Below are positions 20,445 through 31,791 of a stretch of 64,000 nt of DNA, piece after piece; position 1 is the first letter of the stretch; each line of letters opens with the position of its first letter. The notes beneath the pieces are model-generated. The model did not search any database. It was given only the letters and a program-made list of their open reading frames with translations, and had not been told where the DNA came from. A program made the translations under genes and the position numbers. The DNA lies in assembly GCA_963666215.2 (NCBI GenBank), contig CAXWPL010000001.1, forward strand, positions 480,001 to 544,000. Reading direction: 5' to 3'. The DNA is from Acidobacteriota bacterium (GTDB lineage: Bacteria > Acidobacteriota > UBA890 > WLXD01).

Positions 20445-23174
20445 ATGGACGTCGGCTCGCAGCTCGCTCACTACACGATTCGTGCCAAGCTCGGTGAGGG
20501 CGGCATGGGGCAGGTGTTCCGTGCCGAAGATAGCCGCCTCAAGCGCGACGTAGCCATCAAGGTGCTGCCGCCGTCGATGGCCGACGACTCCGAGCGCATG
20601 CTGCGGCTCGAGCGCGAGGCGCAGCTGCTGGCGCAGCTCGAGCATCCCAACATCGCCGCCATCCACGGACTCGAAGAGGCCGACGGGGTGCGGTTCCTGG
20701 TGATGCAGCTGGTGGAGGGACAGGACCTTGACGTTCGCCTCGACGCCGGAGCGATACCCGTAACGGAAGCGCTGCAGATCGCCCTGCAGATCGCCCGCGC
20801 TCTGGAGTCGGCCCACGACAAGGGCGTGATCCATCGCGACCTCAAGCCCGCCAACGTGATGGTTGACGACGAGGGCGTGGTGACACTGCTCGACTTCGGC
20901 CTCGCGAAGGCGTTCTCGGGCGACAGCTCGGCATCCGTCTCGGGATTGACAGCCTCGCCGACGAGGCTCGAGGCTACGCAAGCCGGAATGATTCTCGGCA
21001 CGGCCGGCTACATGAGCCCCGAGCAGGCACGCGGCCGCCATGTCGACCGGCGTACCGACATCTGGGCGTTCGGCTGCGTGCTCTACGAAATGCTCACCGC
21101 CCAGCGGATTTTCATGGGCGAGACTGCCACCGACGTGCTCGGCGCGATCGTTCACCGCGATCCGGACTGGGATCTGCTGCCGGCCGAGACGCCGCGCCGC
21201 ATTCGCGCGCTGCTGCACCGCTGCCTGCGGAAGGACAAGGATCGGCGTATTCAGGCAATCGGCGACGCTCGAGTGTCGCTCGAGGAGTACCTCGAGGATC
21301 CGGAAGCGGCCGAGGCCATCCTCGACGCCGGCGCGCCACCGCAAGCCGCGTGGCTGCGCTGGGCGCCATGGGCGGCGGCGGCGGTTCTCGGCGTTGGACT
21401 GATCGCCAGCCTGTTGGCAAGTGACGACCCTGTCGAGCAGCCGACGCTGCGCATGGAGCTGGCGATCGGTGTTACCGAGGAACTGCGTAACGTCTCGCTG
21501 GGCTCGAGCCTCGAGGTTTCACCCGCCGGCGATCAGGTGGTCATCATCACCAGCACCGGGCAGGGCACCGAGAACCTGAAGCTTCGGAAGCTCGAGACCA
21601 CCGAGGTCGTCGAATTGGCGGCTGGCGGAGCCTACAACCCGTTCTTTTCACCGGACGGTGCCTGGATCGGATTCGCCACGCCGAACGCATTGAACAAGGT
21701 ACCCGCCACCGGAGGCACGCCACTCGAGATCGCCGAAGTAAGCCGCAGCCGCGGAGCCACGTGGTTGCCCGACGGGCAGGTCGTGTATGCGCCGTCGCCG
21801 GATTCTGGCCTGATGATGGTGAGCGCCGACGGCGGCGAGTCTACCGCCGTCACCACGCTCGACGAGTCGACGGGCGAAGCGACACACCGCTGGCCAAGTG
21901 CCATGCCCGGAGGTCGAAGGATCCTGTACACCGCGCACACTGCGATCGTCGGGGCTTTCGAAGCAGCCACCCTGCAAGTGGTCGATCTCGATACTGGCGA
22001 GCAGACTGTTGTTTACCGTGGCGGCTACTACGGCAACTATGTCGAGTCGGGCCACCTGCTGTTCGTCAACGCCGGGACGCTGTTCGCGGTGCCCTTCGAC
22101 CCAGACAGCCTCGAAACCATCAGTAGCGCCGTGCCGGTGGCAGAGAACCTCGCCGACGATCCAAGCAATGGTGGGGCCCAGTACTCGGTCTCCGGCAACG
22201 GCACGCTCCTCTTCCGGCGGGGCTCGTCCGGCCCCGAGCAATATCCCGCCGTCTGGCTCGATCGCGACAACGCGATCTCGCAGCTGCTGCTGGAGCCCAG
22301 GTCGTACGTCGAAAGCCGGGTGTCGCCCGACGGCCGATTCCTCAACATGACCGAGCTCACCGGCGACAATTGGGACGTCTGAGTCTACGACCTGAACCGC
22401 GGCACCCGCACCCGGCTCACGTTCAGCGAGGGCATCGAGGGCCCCGCGGTGTGGTCGCCGGATGGCAGCGAGTTGATCTACTCCTCCGACGAGGACGGCT
22501 CCGACGACCTGTATCGCAAGGCAGCCGACGGCTCCGGCGATGCCGTGCAGATCACCCACCACGACTTCCCGATCTACGTCAGCGACTGGTCGGCCGACGG
22601 CAGGTACGTGCTCGCCACGCGGATCGGACAGGCCGACGAAGAGGCTGGCTGGGAGGGCGGCGCCGAGATCGGCGTCATCGATCTCGAGGAGGGCGACGGC
22701 ACGCTCCGGCCGTTCCTGACGACGACCTTTGACGAGCTCGAAGCCGCCTTCTCTCCTGACGGACGTTGGGTTGCCTACCAGTCCAACGAGAGCGGCCAAA
22801 ACGAGATCTACGTACGCCCATTCACCTCCAGCGGCCGCTGGCAGGTTTCCGACGACGGCGGCAGCTACGCGCGCTTCTCGGCCGACGGAAGCGAGCTCTT
22901 CTATCGCACGAACGACGGCGTCGGCGGCGTTGACGTTGAGACCAGCGGCGACAGCTTTACGCCTTCACGGCCGCGACTGGTCGCCTCAGGCGACTTCAAG
23001 GGCGGCGTCGGTGGCATCGCCGTTGGGGGCAACACGTTCGCCGACTACGACGTGGCGCCCGATGGTCGCTTCGTGATGTTCCCCAGCGCCGGCTCCGAGG
23101 AGCCGAACATCCAGCTCGCAAATATCGTCGTCAACTGGTTCGGCGAGCTCCAGCGAGTCGCCCCGCGACGCTAG
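20445..23174 (+). pseudogene. Ser/Thr kinase + TM + TolB/PD40 propeller, with in-frame TGA at 22380-22382
   Basis: Full kinase motifs (GEGGMG, HRDLKPAN, DFGLAK); ORFs 20358-22382 and 22449-23174 share one frame; WDV*VYDL where Trp is expected. Confidence 0.9.
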
Positions 23175-23212
23175 CTTTTCGGAGGTTGTGCCTTCGAGCG
23201 GAGGGGCGAACG

Positions 23213-23870
23213 GTGGACAAAGACTTCAAGGTGTTCGGCGTCGGCGTAACCAAGACTGGCACGACTACACTCGGCGCTTGTTTCGAGATCCTCCAAATCA
23301 CGCCACACGCTACCTTCAACCGGGAATTGCGGGCGGTTCTCCGCCGCGGTGGCGATCGTGAGGTGATCTTCGCGGAGGCCGATCGGTACCGCGGCTTCGA
23401 GGACGCCCCTTGGTTCGAACTGTTTGCCGAGCTCGACGAGCGCTTTCCCCGCAGCAAGTTCATTCTGACGACTCGCCTGGACAGCACGACACGTGCGCTG
23501 AGCGTGTGAAATTGGCAGGTCAGGAGAGGTCGCATGCGCGGCGCGCCCTCCCGAGTATCTCGAGCGCAAGAAGCGAGAGTACGAGTCACACAACGCTGCG
23601 GTGCAGGAACACTTCCGGAATCGGCCCAATGACCTACTGGAAATGTGCTGGGAGAGGGGCGACGGCTGGCGGTGCTTGTGTGATTTTCTTGACGTTCCGA
23701 TACCGGACGTCCCTTTTCCGCACAAGAACAAGGGACAGTATCGGGCTCCGGCCGTGATGAAAGCCGCGAGTGGCTCCTGGATGCACATGCGTCTGCTACG
23801 GGTGCGGGAATGGCTGCGGCAAGCCACGCGAAAACTCCGACGGTCGCGGGCCTCTCGCCAACCCCTCTAG
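23213..23870 (+). pseudogene. Sulfotransferase-family (P-loop) protein, disrupted by stop at 23507 and a frameshift
   Basis: KVFGVGVTKTGTTTL, FEDAPW, FPRSKFILTTR, then HNAAVQEHF..GDGW..LCDFL..PFPHKN in another frame. Confidence 0.8.
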
Positions 23871-24005
23871 CAAGATCGACGACCACCGTGGCCGACATAA
23901 CGTCGCCCATCCGTCGACGCCTTCGGCGCGATCTTGTAGGGTACGGGCGGCCGCGAAACGTCAACCATCCCAACGTCAACCCATCGAGTCCGCCGGAGAG
24001 ATTTC

Positions 24006-25682
24006 ATGCGTCGTGACCGCCAGTTCCGTTCTTGTCGAACGCTCGCCATCGCCCTCTTGGCCGCCCTTTTGAGCTTCTCGGTCGCCAGCACGAATGCATC
24101 CGCCCAGGACGGACCCTCGGCTGCGGCACTCAAAGAAGAAGCCCGCGAGATCGTCGGCTCGATGAGCAAGCTGTCGCAGGTGATGGTCGATTCGATCTTC
24201 TCGTTCGGCGAGCTCGGATTTCAGGAGCACGAAACGGTGAAGTACATCACCGGTATCCTGCGAGACGAGGGCTTCGAGGTGCAGATGGGCTGCGCCGGCA
24301 TGCCCACCTGCTACGTCGCGACGTGGGGGTCGGGGCATCCGGTGATCGGCTTCATGGGCGACATCGACGGGCTCCCTGAGACTTCGCAAAAGCCGGGCGT
24401 TGCCTACCAGGACCCGTTGATCCCGGGCGGTCCGGGGCACGGCGAGGGGCACAACAGCGCCGCCGCCGTCGACATCATTGGCGCCATCGCCACCAAGCGA
24501 GTGATGGAGGAGCACGGCCTGCAGGGAACGCTCAAGGTCATTCCCGGAGTCGCCGAGGAACTGGTGGCGTCGCGCACATTTATGGTCAACGCCGGGCTGT
24601 TCGAGGGTATGGACATCATGCTGTCGACGCACATCAGTCCCATCCTCGGAACGGCATGGGGCATCTCGGGCTCCGGACTTGTCTCGACCGAGTTCACGTT
24701 CCACGGCCGCTCCGCGCACGGCGCGGGCTCACCCTGGGACGGACGCAGCGCGCTCGACGCGGTGGAGCTGATGAACGCCGGCTGGAACGCGCGTCGCGAG
24801 CATCTGCGTCTGCAACAGCGTTCGCACTACATCATCTCGAACGGTGGCAACCAGCCGAACGTCGTGCCCTCTGAAGCGTCGGTTTGGTACTACTATCGCG
24901 AGCTCGACTACGACCGCATCAAAGAGCTCCACGAGCTCGGGCAAACCATGGCCAAAGCGGCCGCGATGATGACCAGCACGGAGGTCACCGAGCGCGTATT
25001 CGGCGCGGCCTGGCCCTCGAACATGAGCAAGCCTCTCGCCGAGCTGATGCACGCCAACATTCTCGAAGTGGGCATGCCCGAGTGGACAGAAGCCGACCAG
25101 GCGCTCGCGCGCGCCGTTCAGGAAGATCGCGGTGTGCTCGGCACCAAGGGCGGCTGGTTCGACATCGAGATCAACGGGCTGCCCACGGAGCTGCTGAGCG
25201 AGGAGTTGAGCGAGTCGGAACAGGGCATGGGCGGTGGCAGTGACGACATCGCCGAAGTCTCGTGGAACATGCCGACCGTGCGCCTCTACTACCCCGGTGC
25301 CATCCCCGGCGCCACCGGACATCACTGGTCGTCGAGCATCTCGGCGGCGACACCCATCGCCCACCAGGGGGCCAACTACGGCGCCCGCGTGATCGCCATG
25401 ACCGCGATCGATCTCATCGCCAACCCGGACAAAGTCGAAGAGGCGTGGACCTACCACCGCGAGGTCGTCACAAAAGACCAGCAGTGGGAGTCGCTCATCC
25501 CCCTCGACACACCGCCACCGACCCACCTCAATGCCGAGAAGATGGCGCGCTACCGCCCGCTGCTCGACGAGCTGCGCTACGACCCCGAGCGTTTCGATAC
25601 CTATCTGGAACAGCTGGGTATCGAGTATCCGACGGTCCGCAAGCCGGATCCTGATCCAGACGCGGGCGAAGGCCAGGGCTAG
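24006..25682 (+). CDS. M20-family amidohydrolase (AbgB-like), secreted
   Basis: ELGFQE, DIDGLP, GHGEGHN, AEE, FHGRSAH, GRSALDAVE, GGSDDI. Confidence 0.9.
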   Translation: MRRDRQFRSCRTLAIALLAALLSFSVASTNASAQDGPSAAALKEEAREIVGSMSKLSQVMVDSIFSFGELGFQEHETVKYITGILRDEGFEVQMGCAGMPTCYVATWGSGHPVIGFMGDIDGLPETSQKPGVAYQDPLIPGGPGHGEGHNSAAAVDIIGAIATKRVMEEHGLQGTLKVIPGVAEELVASRTFMVNAGLFEGMDIMLSTHISPILGTAWGISGSGLVSTEFTFHGRSAHGAGSPWDGRSALDAVELMNAGWNARREHLRLQQRSHYIISNGGNQPNVVPSEASVWYYYRELDYDRIKELHELGQTMAKAAAMMTSTEVTERVFGAAWPSNMSKPLAELMHANILEVGMPEWTEADQALARAVQEDRGVLGTKGGWFDIEINGLPTELLSEELSESEQGMGGGSDDIAEVSWNMPTVRLYYPGAIPGATGHHWSSSISAATPIAHQGANYGARVIAMTAIDLIANPDKVEEAWTYHREVVTKDQQWESLIPLDTPPPTHLNAEKMARYRPLLDELRYDPERFDTYLEQLGIEYPTVRKPDPDPDAGEGQG

Positions 25683-25715
25683 CGCTCCAACGAATCCTCG
25701 AAAAGGAAGAATTCC

Positions 25716-27170
25716 ATGAAGCGTCCCGCTGCTTTTCTGCTCGCTGCCGCGCTCCTCTTGCCCTCGCTTGCCGTTGCCCAGCAAGAAGAGCGCTACGACT
25801 ACTGGCGGTTCCAGCGTGACATGATCCGCTACGGCCAGCAGGCGATTCTGATGTGCAACGGGCTCTTTACGGGGAACCGAACGGTCGAGCAGGTGTTTGC
25901 GCAGGAGCTCGCCTTTTTTACCAATCCCGGCCCCGTGGGAACACCGCGTGGCGGCGACTACGAGATCGATCGCGAGCGCAAGGCGGTATCGATAGGTACG
26001 GCCGGCGGAACGCCTGTGATGCGTGCGGCCTTCCGCGAGGGCGTCGGCTGCGTGATCCTGGCACCCGATCAGACCCTCGAGGATATCGACAGCCTGCCCG
26101 AGCTCAACGTGCCGCCGGCGCCGGGCAACGCCGCCACGATCGCGTGGCCCGACGGCGATCTGGTTGAAGAACGGCCGCTGCCCTCGTACATCGACCCGGC
26201 GGCGCTGGCGGCAGCCTCGGACTGGGCGTTCGATCGCGAGTCGCCCGAGCAGGTCACGCTCAGCATGATGGTCGTCCACAACGGCCGGATCATCCACGAG
26301 CGGTACGCCCCCGGCGTCGACATGACAACGAAGACGCGCACCTGGTCGACCGCCAAGAGCATCGCTGTCACGTTGATCGGCATGCTGGTCGACGAGGGGC
26401 GCATGGAGCTCGATGCTCCTCTTGGGTTCGAGTGGTTGCCGCAGGCGCCGTCGCCGCAAGCCGACCCGCGCAACGCCATCACACTCCGGCACGTCCTCAA
26501 CATGTCGAGCGGCCTCTACACGGTGGACAACGCTCGGTTGGAGTACGCCACGGGATCCGGCATGTCGTACTGGGCCGGCGCCAGCTCGATCGTCGGCGCC
26601 CGCAGCCGCGCGCTCATCCGCGAGCCGGGCACGAACTGGGACTATGAGAACTACGACACCCTGCTGGCGGTGTACGCCATGAAGCTGGCGATTGGCGACG
26701 ACCAGGAGTACATGCAATTCCCGCGCGCGGCGCTGCTCGAAAAGATCGGCATGCGCAGCACGCTGCTGAGCGTCGACCGCTTCGGCGACTTCATTCTGAG
26801 CAGCCAGGTCTACACCAACGCCCGCGACCTCGCCCGATTCGGCCTTCTCTACCTCAACGGAGGTGTCTGGAACGGCGAAAGGCTCCTTTCGGAGGATTGG
26901 ATCGACTTCGCCCGCACCCCGGCGCCGTCGACCGCCGAGCGCGGCAACTTCTATGGCGGCCAGTGGTGGCTCGTCCCCGACGATCGTACAGACGTCCCGA
27001 AGGACGCCTACTCCACCGCCGGTAACCGCGGCCAGTTCGCCATCGTCGTGCCGTCGCACAACCTGGTAATCGTCCGCCGTGGCCTCGACTACGGCCGTCA
27101 GGGCTTCGATCGCTGGGGACTGACGCGCGAGGTTGTCAAGGCATTCGGCGCCGAGACCACGGACCGCTAG
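25716..27170 (+). CDS. Serine hydrolase, beta-lactamase (class C-like) family, secreted
   Basis: WSTAKS (SxxK), ITLRHVLNMSSGL, PGTNWDYEN, ARDLARFGLLYL, AGNRGQ. Confidence 0.9.
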   Translation: MKRPAAFLLAAALLLPSLAVAQQEERYDYWRFQRDMIRYGQQAILMCNGLFTGNRTVEQVFAQELAFFTNPGPVGTPRGGDYEIDRERKAVSIGTAGGTPVMRAAFREGVGCVILAPDQTLEDIDSLPELNVPPAPGNAATIAWPDGDLVEERPLPSYIDPAALAAASDWAFDRESPEQVTLSMMVVHNGRIIHERYAPGVDMTTKTRTWSTAKSIAVTLIGMLVDEGRMELDAPLGFEWLPQAPSPQADPRNAITLRHVLNMSSGLYTVDNARLEYATGSGMSYWAGASSIVGARSRALIREPGTNWDYENYDTLLAVYAMKLAIGDDQEYMQFPRAALLEKIGMRSTLLSVDRFGDFILSSQVYTNARDLARFGLLYLNGGVWNGERLLSEDWIDFARTPAPSTAERGNFYGGQWWLVPDDRTDVPKDAYSTAGNRGQFAIVVPSHNLVIVRRGLDYGRQGFDRWGLTREVVKAFGAETTDR

Positions 27171-27186
27171 CCTCTCGTCCGTACTG

Positions 27187-27260
27187 TCACTTGTCGGTTG
27201 GCACAAGCCGCTTCAGCTCTTCGAACCCGTTTGAGCACAACCACCAGGTGGGTCGGTCTG
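27187..27260 (-). pseudogene. Remnant of kinase-propeller C-terminus
   Basis: With one frameshift reads THLVVVL-NGFEELKRLVPTDK*, matching the VVNWF.EL..L tail of paralogs. Confidence 0.6.
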
Positions 27261-27595
27261 CTGGCCGCCGACGTCTGCCCGCTTGACCAGGAGAAGGCGC
27301 CCGGTCCGCGGATCTACGTCGTCTCAATCTGCCGGCCGGCTCCGCCACGTACTGGATCGAGCGCGTCCCCGCCAACTAGCCGGCCTTCTTGACATACTCG
27401 ACCCGGCGCCAGCCTCGCCGTCAGGAGGGCCTGTGTGTCGAAGCCGGGCGACACGGCCAGCAATTGCACCAGACGCTGTTCTGCCGGGAGAGAGGCCGCA
27501 CACGCTAGAATCTTCCCGTGGCATCCCATGGGAAGGACCATCCGTTGACCAGCCGGGCGGCGAAGAGCCCTCGAGTGTCGAACGGGCATCGACCC

Positions 27596-28262
27596 ATGAG
27601 CGATTCTGACCCGCGTAGCGAGATTCTCGAGCGCGTCGCCGAACTCGGCGGGCTTCGCCCTGGCGTCGCTCGAGACATCGCGCGCGAGACGGGAGTGCCC
27701 GAAGCGCATGTCTACGGCGCCGCGAGCTTCTTTCACCTGCTCGATCGGCCCGACATCAAGCTCCGCGTTTGTACGGGTCTGACCTGTCAGATGGCGGGGG
27801 CCCCGCGGGTTGCTCGACCGCGCCGTCGAAGCGGGGATGCCGGCTGAGGGCTGCTCGTGGTTGGCGGCGTGCGATCGGCCGCCCGCCGTGTTGCGCGACC
27901 GCACGCCACTCGTCGAGGTCACGCCGGCCGACCTGGACCGAGCCGGCGGTCACTGGAGCCGGCTGCAGTCGGCTGCCGTCCCCGACGAGAGCTGGCTCGG
28001 CCACGTCAGTCCCGATCATCTTCAGACAGATCTGTCCCTCTCAGACCTGCCCCCGGAAGCTCTGCCCGAAGCTCCGCCCAAGGCTCTTCCCGAAACGCGC
28101 CTGGCAATGAACCTGCTGGCGCCGCCCGAGTTCGCCGGTGCGGCGTCACGGCTTGCCGGCGACCTCGGCGCCGGGGAGGTGATCGCGCGCATCGAGGCGT
28201 CGGGGCTCCAGGGTCGCGGCGGCGCGGGCTTCCCGGCGGGCTTCAAGTGGAAGGCCGTGCGG
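27596..28262 (+). pseudogene. Truncated NuoE/NuoF-like (2Fe-2S + FMN) fusion fragment
   Basis: VYGAASFFHLL..RVCTGLTC (NuoE-like), frameshift ~27800, SGLQGRGGAGFPAGFKW (NuoF FMN motif), then abruptly joins the MBOAT sequence. Confidence 0.8.
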
Positions 28263-28264
28263 GC

Positions 28265-29527
28265 TGTGCGGTCGGCGTGGTGCTCGTCGGCGTGTCGTGT
28301 TTACCATGCCTGGCTGCTCTTCCAGACCCCAAACGCAAGAAGCGCGCGGTTGGCCTAAGTGTAATTGCCAATCTATCAATACTTGGCGTCTTTAAGTACT
28401 TCGACTTCTTCGTTGGAACGCTGGAGTCGGCGCTTTCGTCATCCGGAATCGACGCAACTCTCCTTCATCTCGATATCGTGTTGCCAGTCGGAATCTCGTT
28501 CTACACGTTTCAAACGATGAGCTACGCCGTCGACCTGTATCGAGACAAGGTCGACGCGTGCGACGACTTTGTGGATTTCGGCTTGTATGTCGCGTACTTC
28601 CCACAGCTGGTCACCGGTCCGATAGAGCGAGCCAGCCGGCTTCTTCCAGCCCTCCGGAAGGCGCGAACGTTCGACATTGATCAGTTTTCTCGTGGCATAG
28701 GTCTCATTCTGAGCGGCCTGGTCAAGAAGGTCGACGTCGCAGATGGGGTTGCCGCCCTTGTTAGCGACGTTTTCTCGCACGAACACCCCAGCGGGGTCGA
28801 AGTTGCTGTTGGACTGGTTTGTTTTGCTGTGCAGATCTACGGCGACTTCTCGGGATATTCTGACATAGTGAGGGGAGTGTCGAAGCTGCTCGGCATCGAG
28901 CTGATGACGAATTTCCGTCAGCCTTACTTCTCACCGAATCCCTCAGAGTTCTGGCGCCGATGGCACATCAGCCTGTCGAGCTGGCTCCGAGACTACCTCT
29001 ACATTCCGCTCGGCGGAAATCGAAACGGGCCCAGGAACACCTACCGAAACCTGATGCTCACCATGTTACTTGGGGGGCTGTGGCACGGAGCCGCATGGAA
29101 CTTCGTTCTATGGGGGGCTTTTCAGGGCGGGCTGCTCGGCATTCACCGGTGGTTAGTAGGTGCCGCTCCGGAGTCTCGACCGAACAATCGTTGGGCGTCT
29201 CCGCTCAAAATGCTCCTCTTCTTTGCGGTCACGTGCTATGGCTGGCTGCTTTTCCGGGCGCGGTCCTTCGAACAGATTGCCAGCATGACTTCCGCTCTTT
29301 TCGATACAACGAGCCTAGCTTTTCGGCTTGGCACTCCGCGATTGGGCGCCGTCGTCGGGATTCTCACGTTAGTGCCGCTTGAAATCGCCCAGTTCCGAAG
29401 CGACGAAGCCGCCGTCTATTGGCGTTGGCCAACATTTGCGCGCGGCGCGTTTTTCGCAGCGCTGATTGTCGCCCTTCTTCTCGGATTGGATAATGCCCCG
29501 GAAACGTTTATCTACTTCCAGTTCTAG
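28265..29527 (+). pseudogene. MBOAT O-acyltransferase (AlgI/DltB-like), 5'-truncated
   Basis: LGVFKYFDFF, LPVGISFYTFQ, YFPQLVTGPI, DFSGYSD, FWRRWHISLS, GLWHGA, FIYFQF. Confidence 0.9.
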
Positions 29528-29884
29528 ATCACCTGGGTCCGATGGCCCCGCGTTTTGGCGTGGACTCTGACGTTTCTGTTCATCGCGGATTTCGCGATCG
29601 GCAGGATGGTTGGAGTTCAACCGGGGACGCCTCCGGGATTCTTTTCTGCGTACTTCGAGCGCGGGCGCTCGGTGGAATCCCGACTCCGCGACAACATCGG
29701 GCCAGACGGAGGGGCCTTCGATCTCATCTATACGATCGGGTGGGTTCATTGGAGACCATTGCGAGCAGCCGCTTGGGGGATGTCACAGGCTCTGTCATGG
29801 CGCCAGAGTCCCCGACATCTGGAGCGACGGGGACCTTACACACGTGCCGCTGCTCGTCAAGCTGCCGAGACAGGCGGTAGTGTC

Positions 29885-30769
29885 TCAGTTTGATTTACTT
29901 TTCCTCGGCCCCTTCGGACCCGGCTTCTTCGGCATCGGTGCGGATGCGTCCACCAGACCCACGATCCACTCAGCGTCACGCACCGTCTTGCTCACACCAG
30001 ACTCCATAGCCGGCGTGACCCTAAGCGTCTTGTGGATGCGGCAGAAGTTGTACCAGACCGTGTACAGCGCAACCATGTGCACGTGATTCTCGATCTTCTT
30101 GGAGAAGGCGTTGGTGAGCCGCGTGAACCGCCGCATGTGCATCCTCATCGAGAGATTGTGGCGCTCGACGTAGGACGTACTGATATGTGCCTCGTCCGGG
30201 TCTCCCTGCACTCGTAGCCGCTGGCTTCCCTGGCACTTGGCGGGGCTGTAGCGGCGCTGCGGCTCCGGGTCCGGGCCATAGACCTTCTGTAACATCGCGT
30301 AGTCGATCTCGTGTGCGAACGCATCTTCGACCGCTTCCAGGTACATCCTGTGCCCGTCGGTCGTTAGCTGGATGCGGTTGCTCAGCCGTCCTGCGAGGTC
30401 CTGCATGAACTCGGTAGCCGTACCGACATCGCGTGGGCCAACCCGCCACGATGCGATGAGCTTCGTATCCGCACAGATCCCCGTGAACGTCCACACGTCG
30501 CCGTAGCCAAACTGCCCACGCTTGTCCTCGGGCACGTTCTTGGCTTTCGAGTAGCAGAACGCCCAGATCTCGTCGGCCTGCACTCGCTTGCACGGTAGAT
30601 CTCGCACATGCTCATCGTGATACGACGCGCAAGCGTTGCCAGCGTCCACCAGCAGCTTCGAGATGGTGTTGATCGACACACCGGTGATGCGAGTTATGGC
30701 TCGAAGCGAAAGGCCTTCGCATAGCAGGTCTAGAATCTGCGCTCGGGTTTGTGTCGGTAGCTTATTCAT
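29885..30769 (-). CDS. IS1-family DDE transposase
   Basis: HTH N-terminus, QADEIWAF, LTTDG, TSYVERHNL, RRFTRLTNAFSKK; stop codon lies inside the IR. Confidence 0.9.
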   Translation of the reverse strand: MNKLPTQTRAQILDLLCEGLSLRAITRITGVSINTISKLLVDAGNACASYHDEHVRDLPCKRVQADEIWAFCYSKAKNVPEDKRGQFGYGDVWTFTGICADTKLIASWRVGPRDVGTATEFMQDLAGRLSNRIQLTTDGHRMYLEAVEDAFAHEIDYAMLQKVYGPDPEPQRRYSPAKCQGSQRLRVQGDPDEAHISTSYVERHNLSMRMHMRRFTRLTNAFSKKIENHVHMVALYTVWYNFCRIHKTLRVTPAMESGVSKTVRDAEWIVGLVDASAPMPKKPGPKGPRKSKSN

Positions 30770-30970
30770 ACCATCATTATATGAATTTTTATGCTTACCG
30801 TCAAGAATGAATGGTCAGATAATTGAATCCCGGTTGCTTGCCGTGGCGGTCCTCGTGGTACAATAGGCCAATAGCCGATGTAGAAATGCATCGTTTCTCC
30901 TGTTTAGCTGACGGTGAGAACATGGCTTGGGGTCGGGCGCGGATGCAACCGCGGCCCGGCCCGTTTTCGG

Positions 30971-31363
30971 TTAGGTACCCACCAAGGAATAGTCTCCGCT
31001 ATCTCCCTTTCTGATCATGCCTTTAGCGTTCATACGCCACATCTGAGTCGAAACTCGAGTCGATAGAGGCGTTTTCTTGTCGTCCAGGTAACCTTGGTTG
31101 ATTAACTCCTGCGCGACCTCTGAGGATTTAATCGGACCCATTTCTTTAAGCACGATCACGATAGCATCATTCAGGGTCTCCGACCTGATGAAGCTACCAT
31201 TCATTCCTGCTACCGACGCAGAGGATCCACTGAGAAGTTCGCTCAGCGCCGCATGTTGACGCTTGCAGGCGTCGAGTTTTTGCGTCAGTTTCTCGAGCGT
31301 ATCCTGCAGGTTATCTTCGGCTGCTCTTAGCTCATCTAGCGTCCGGTCGCTGAATAATTCCAT
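30971..31363 (-). CDS. Passenger hypothetical protein (coiled coil + winged-helix-like C-terminus)
   Basis: 130 aa; heptad-like N-terminus, then AIVIVLKEMGPIKSSEVAQELINQGY...GDYSL. Confidence 0.6.
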   Translation of the reverse strand: MELFSDRTLDELRAAEDNLQDTLEKLTQKLDACKRQHAALSELLSGSSASVAGMNGSFIRSETLNDAIVIVLKEMGPIKSSEVAQELINQGYLDDKKTPLSTRVSTQMWRMNAKGMIRKGDSGDYSLVGT

Positions 31364-31465
31364 ATCCGATCCTCATACCCGTCCCGATGTCTGATATCCC
31401 AGTCTCAATGTCGGATAGCGAAACCATATCCGGTTAGGTGCTCCGGCGCAACCTTCCCATTCCTA

Positions 31466-31510
31466 AAAAAAAACGGGGGCCCATCCATCGCCGACGAGAT
31501 GGATGGGCTA
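31466..31510 (-). terminator. Intrinsic terminator inside the IS1-like element
   Basis: GCCCATCCATC..GATGGATGGGC stem followed on minus strand by a T-run. Confidence 0.65.
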
Positions 31511-31545
31511 CCCGTGAGATCCTTACGTTTTCTATCCTACGATAG

Positions 31546-31791
31546 TCACTTCCCCCATCGCGCCGCGGCCGCCTTCCTCGAAATCTCGGATCGACGTTCA
31601 GGTGATAGTTTTGCAGCTCGCTGACGACCTGGCCGCTCTCAAGCGCCTGATCGTCCCAGCTTCACAGCGGCACGGTCTTTACCGTCGTCCACGGATTCCT
31701 CTTCACGCTGCCCGGTGGCGATCTCCATGACGCGCACGGCGTTCTGGGTCACGCCAGCAGGCCGCTTCTGTCCCTGCGGTCCTTTTGGCAT
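31546..31791 (-). pseudogene. Small basic protein typical of these IS1-like elements, with internal stop
   Basis: MPKGPQGQKRPAGVTQNAVRVMEIATG..GKDRAAVKLGRSGA*..RAAKLSPERRSEISRKAAAARWGK; absent from ORF track. Confidence 0.7.

Noticed and set aside
22380-23509. Alternative genetic code (TGA=Trp)
   Set aside because: Many intact genes here end in TGA and use TGG for Trp throughout
24729-27206. 825 aa minus-strand ORF
   Set aside because: Antisense shadow of the amidohydrolase and serine hydrolase genes
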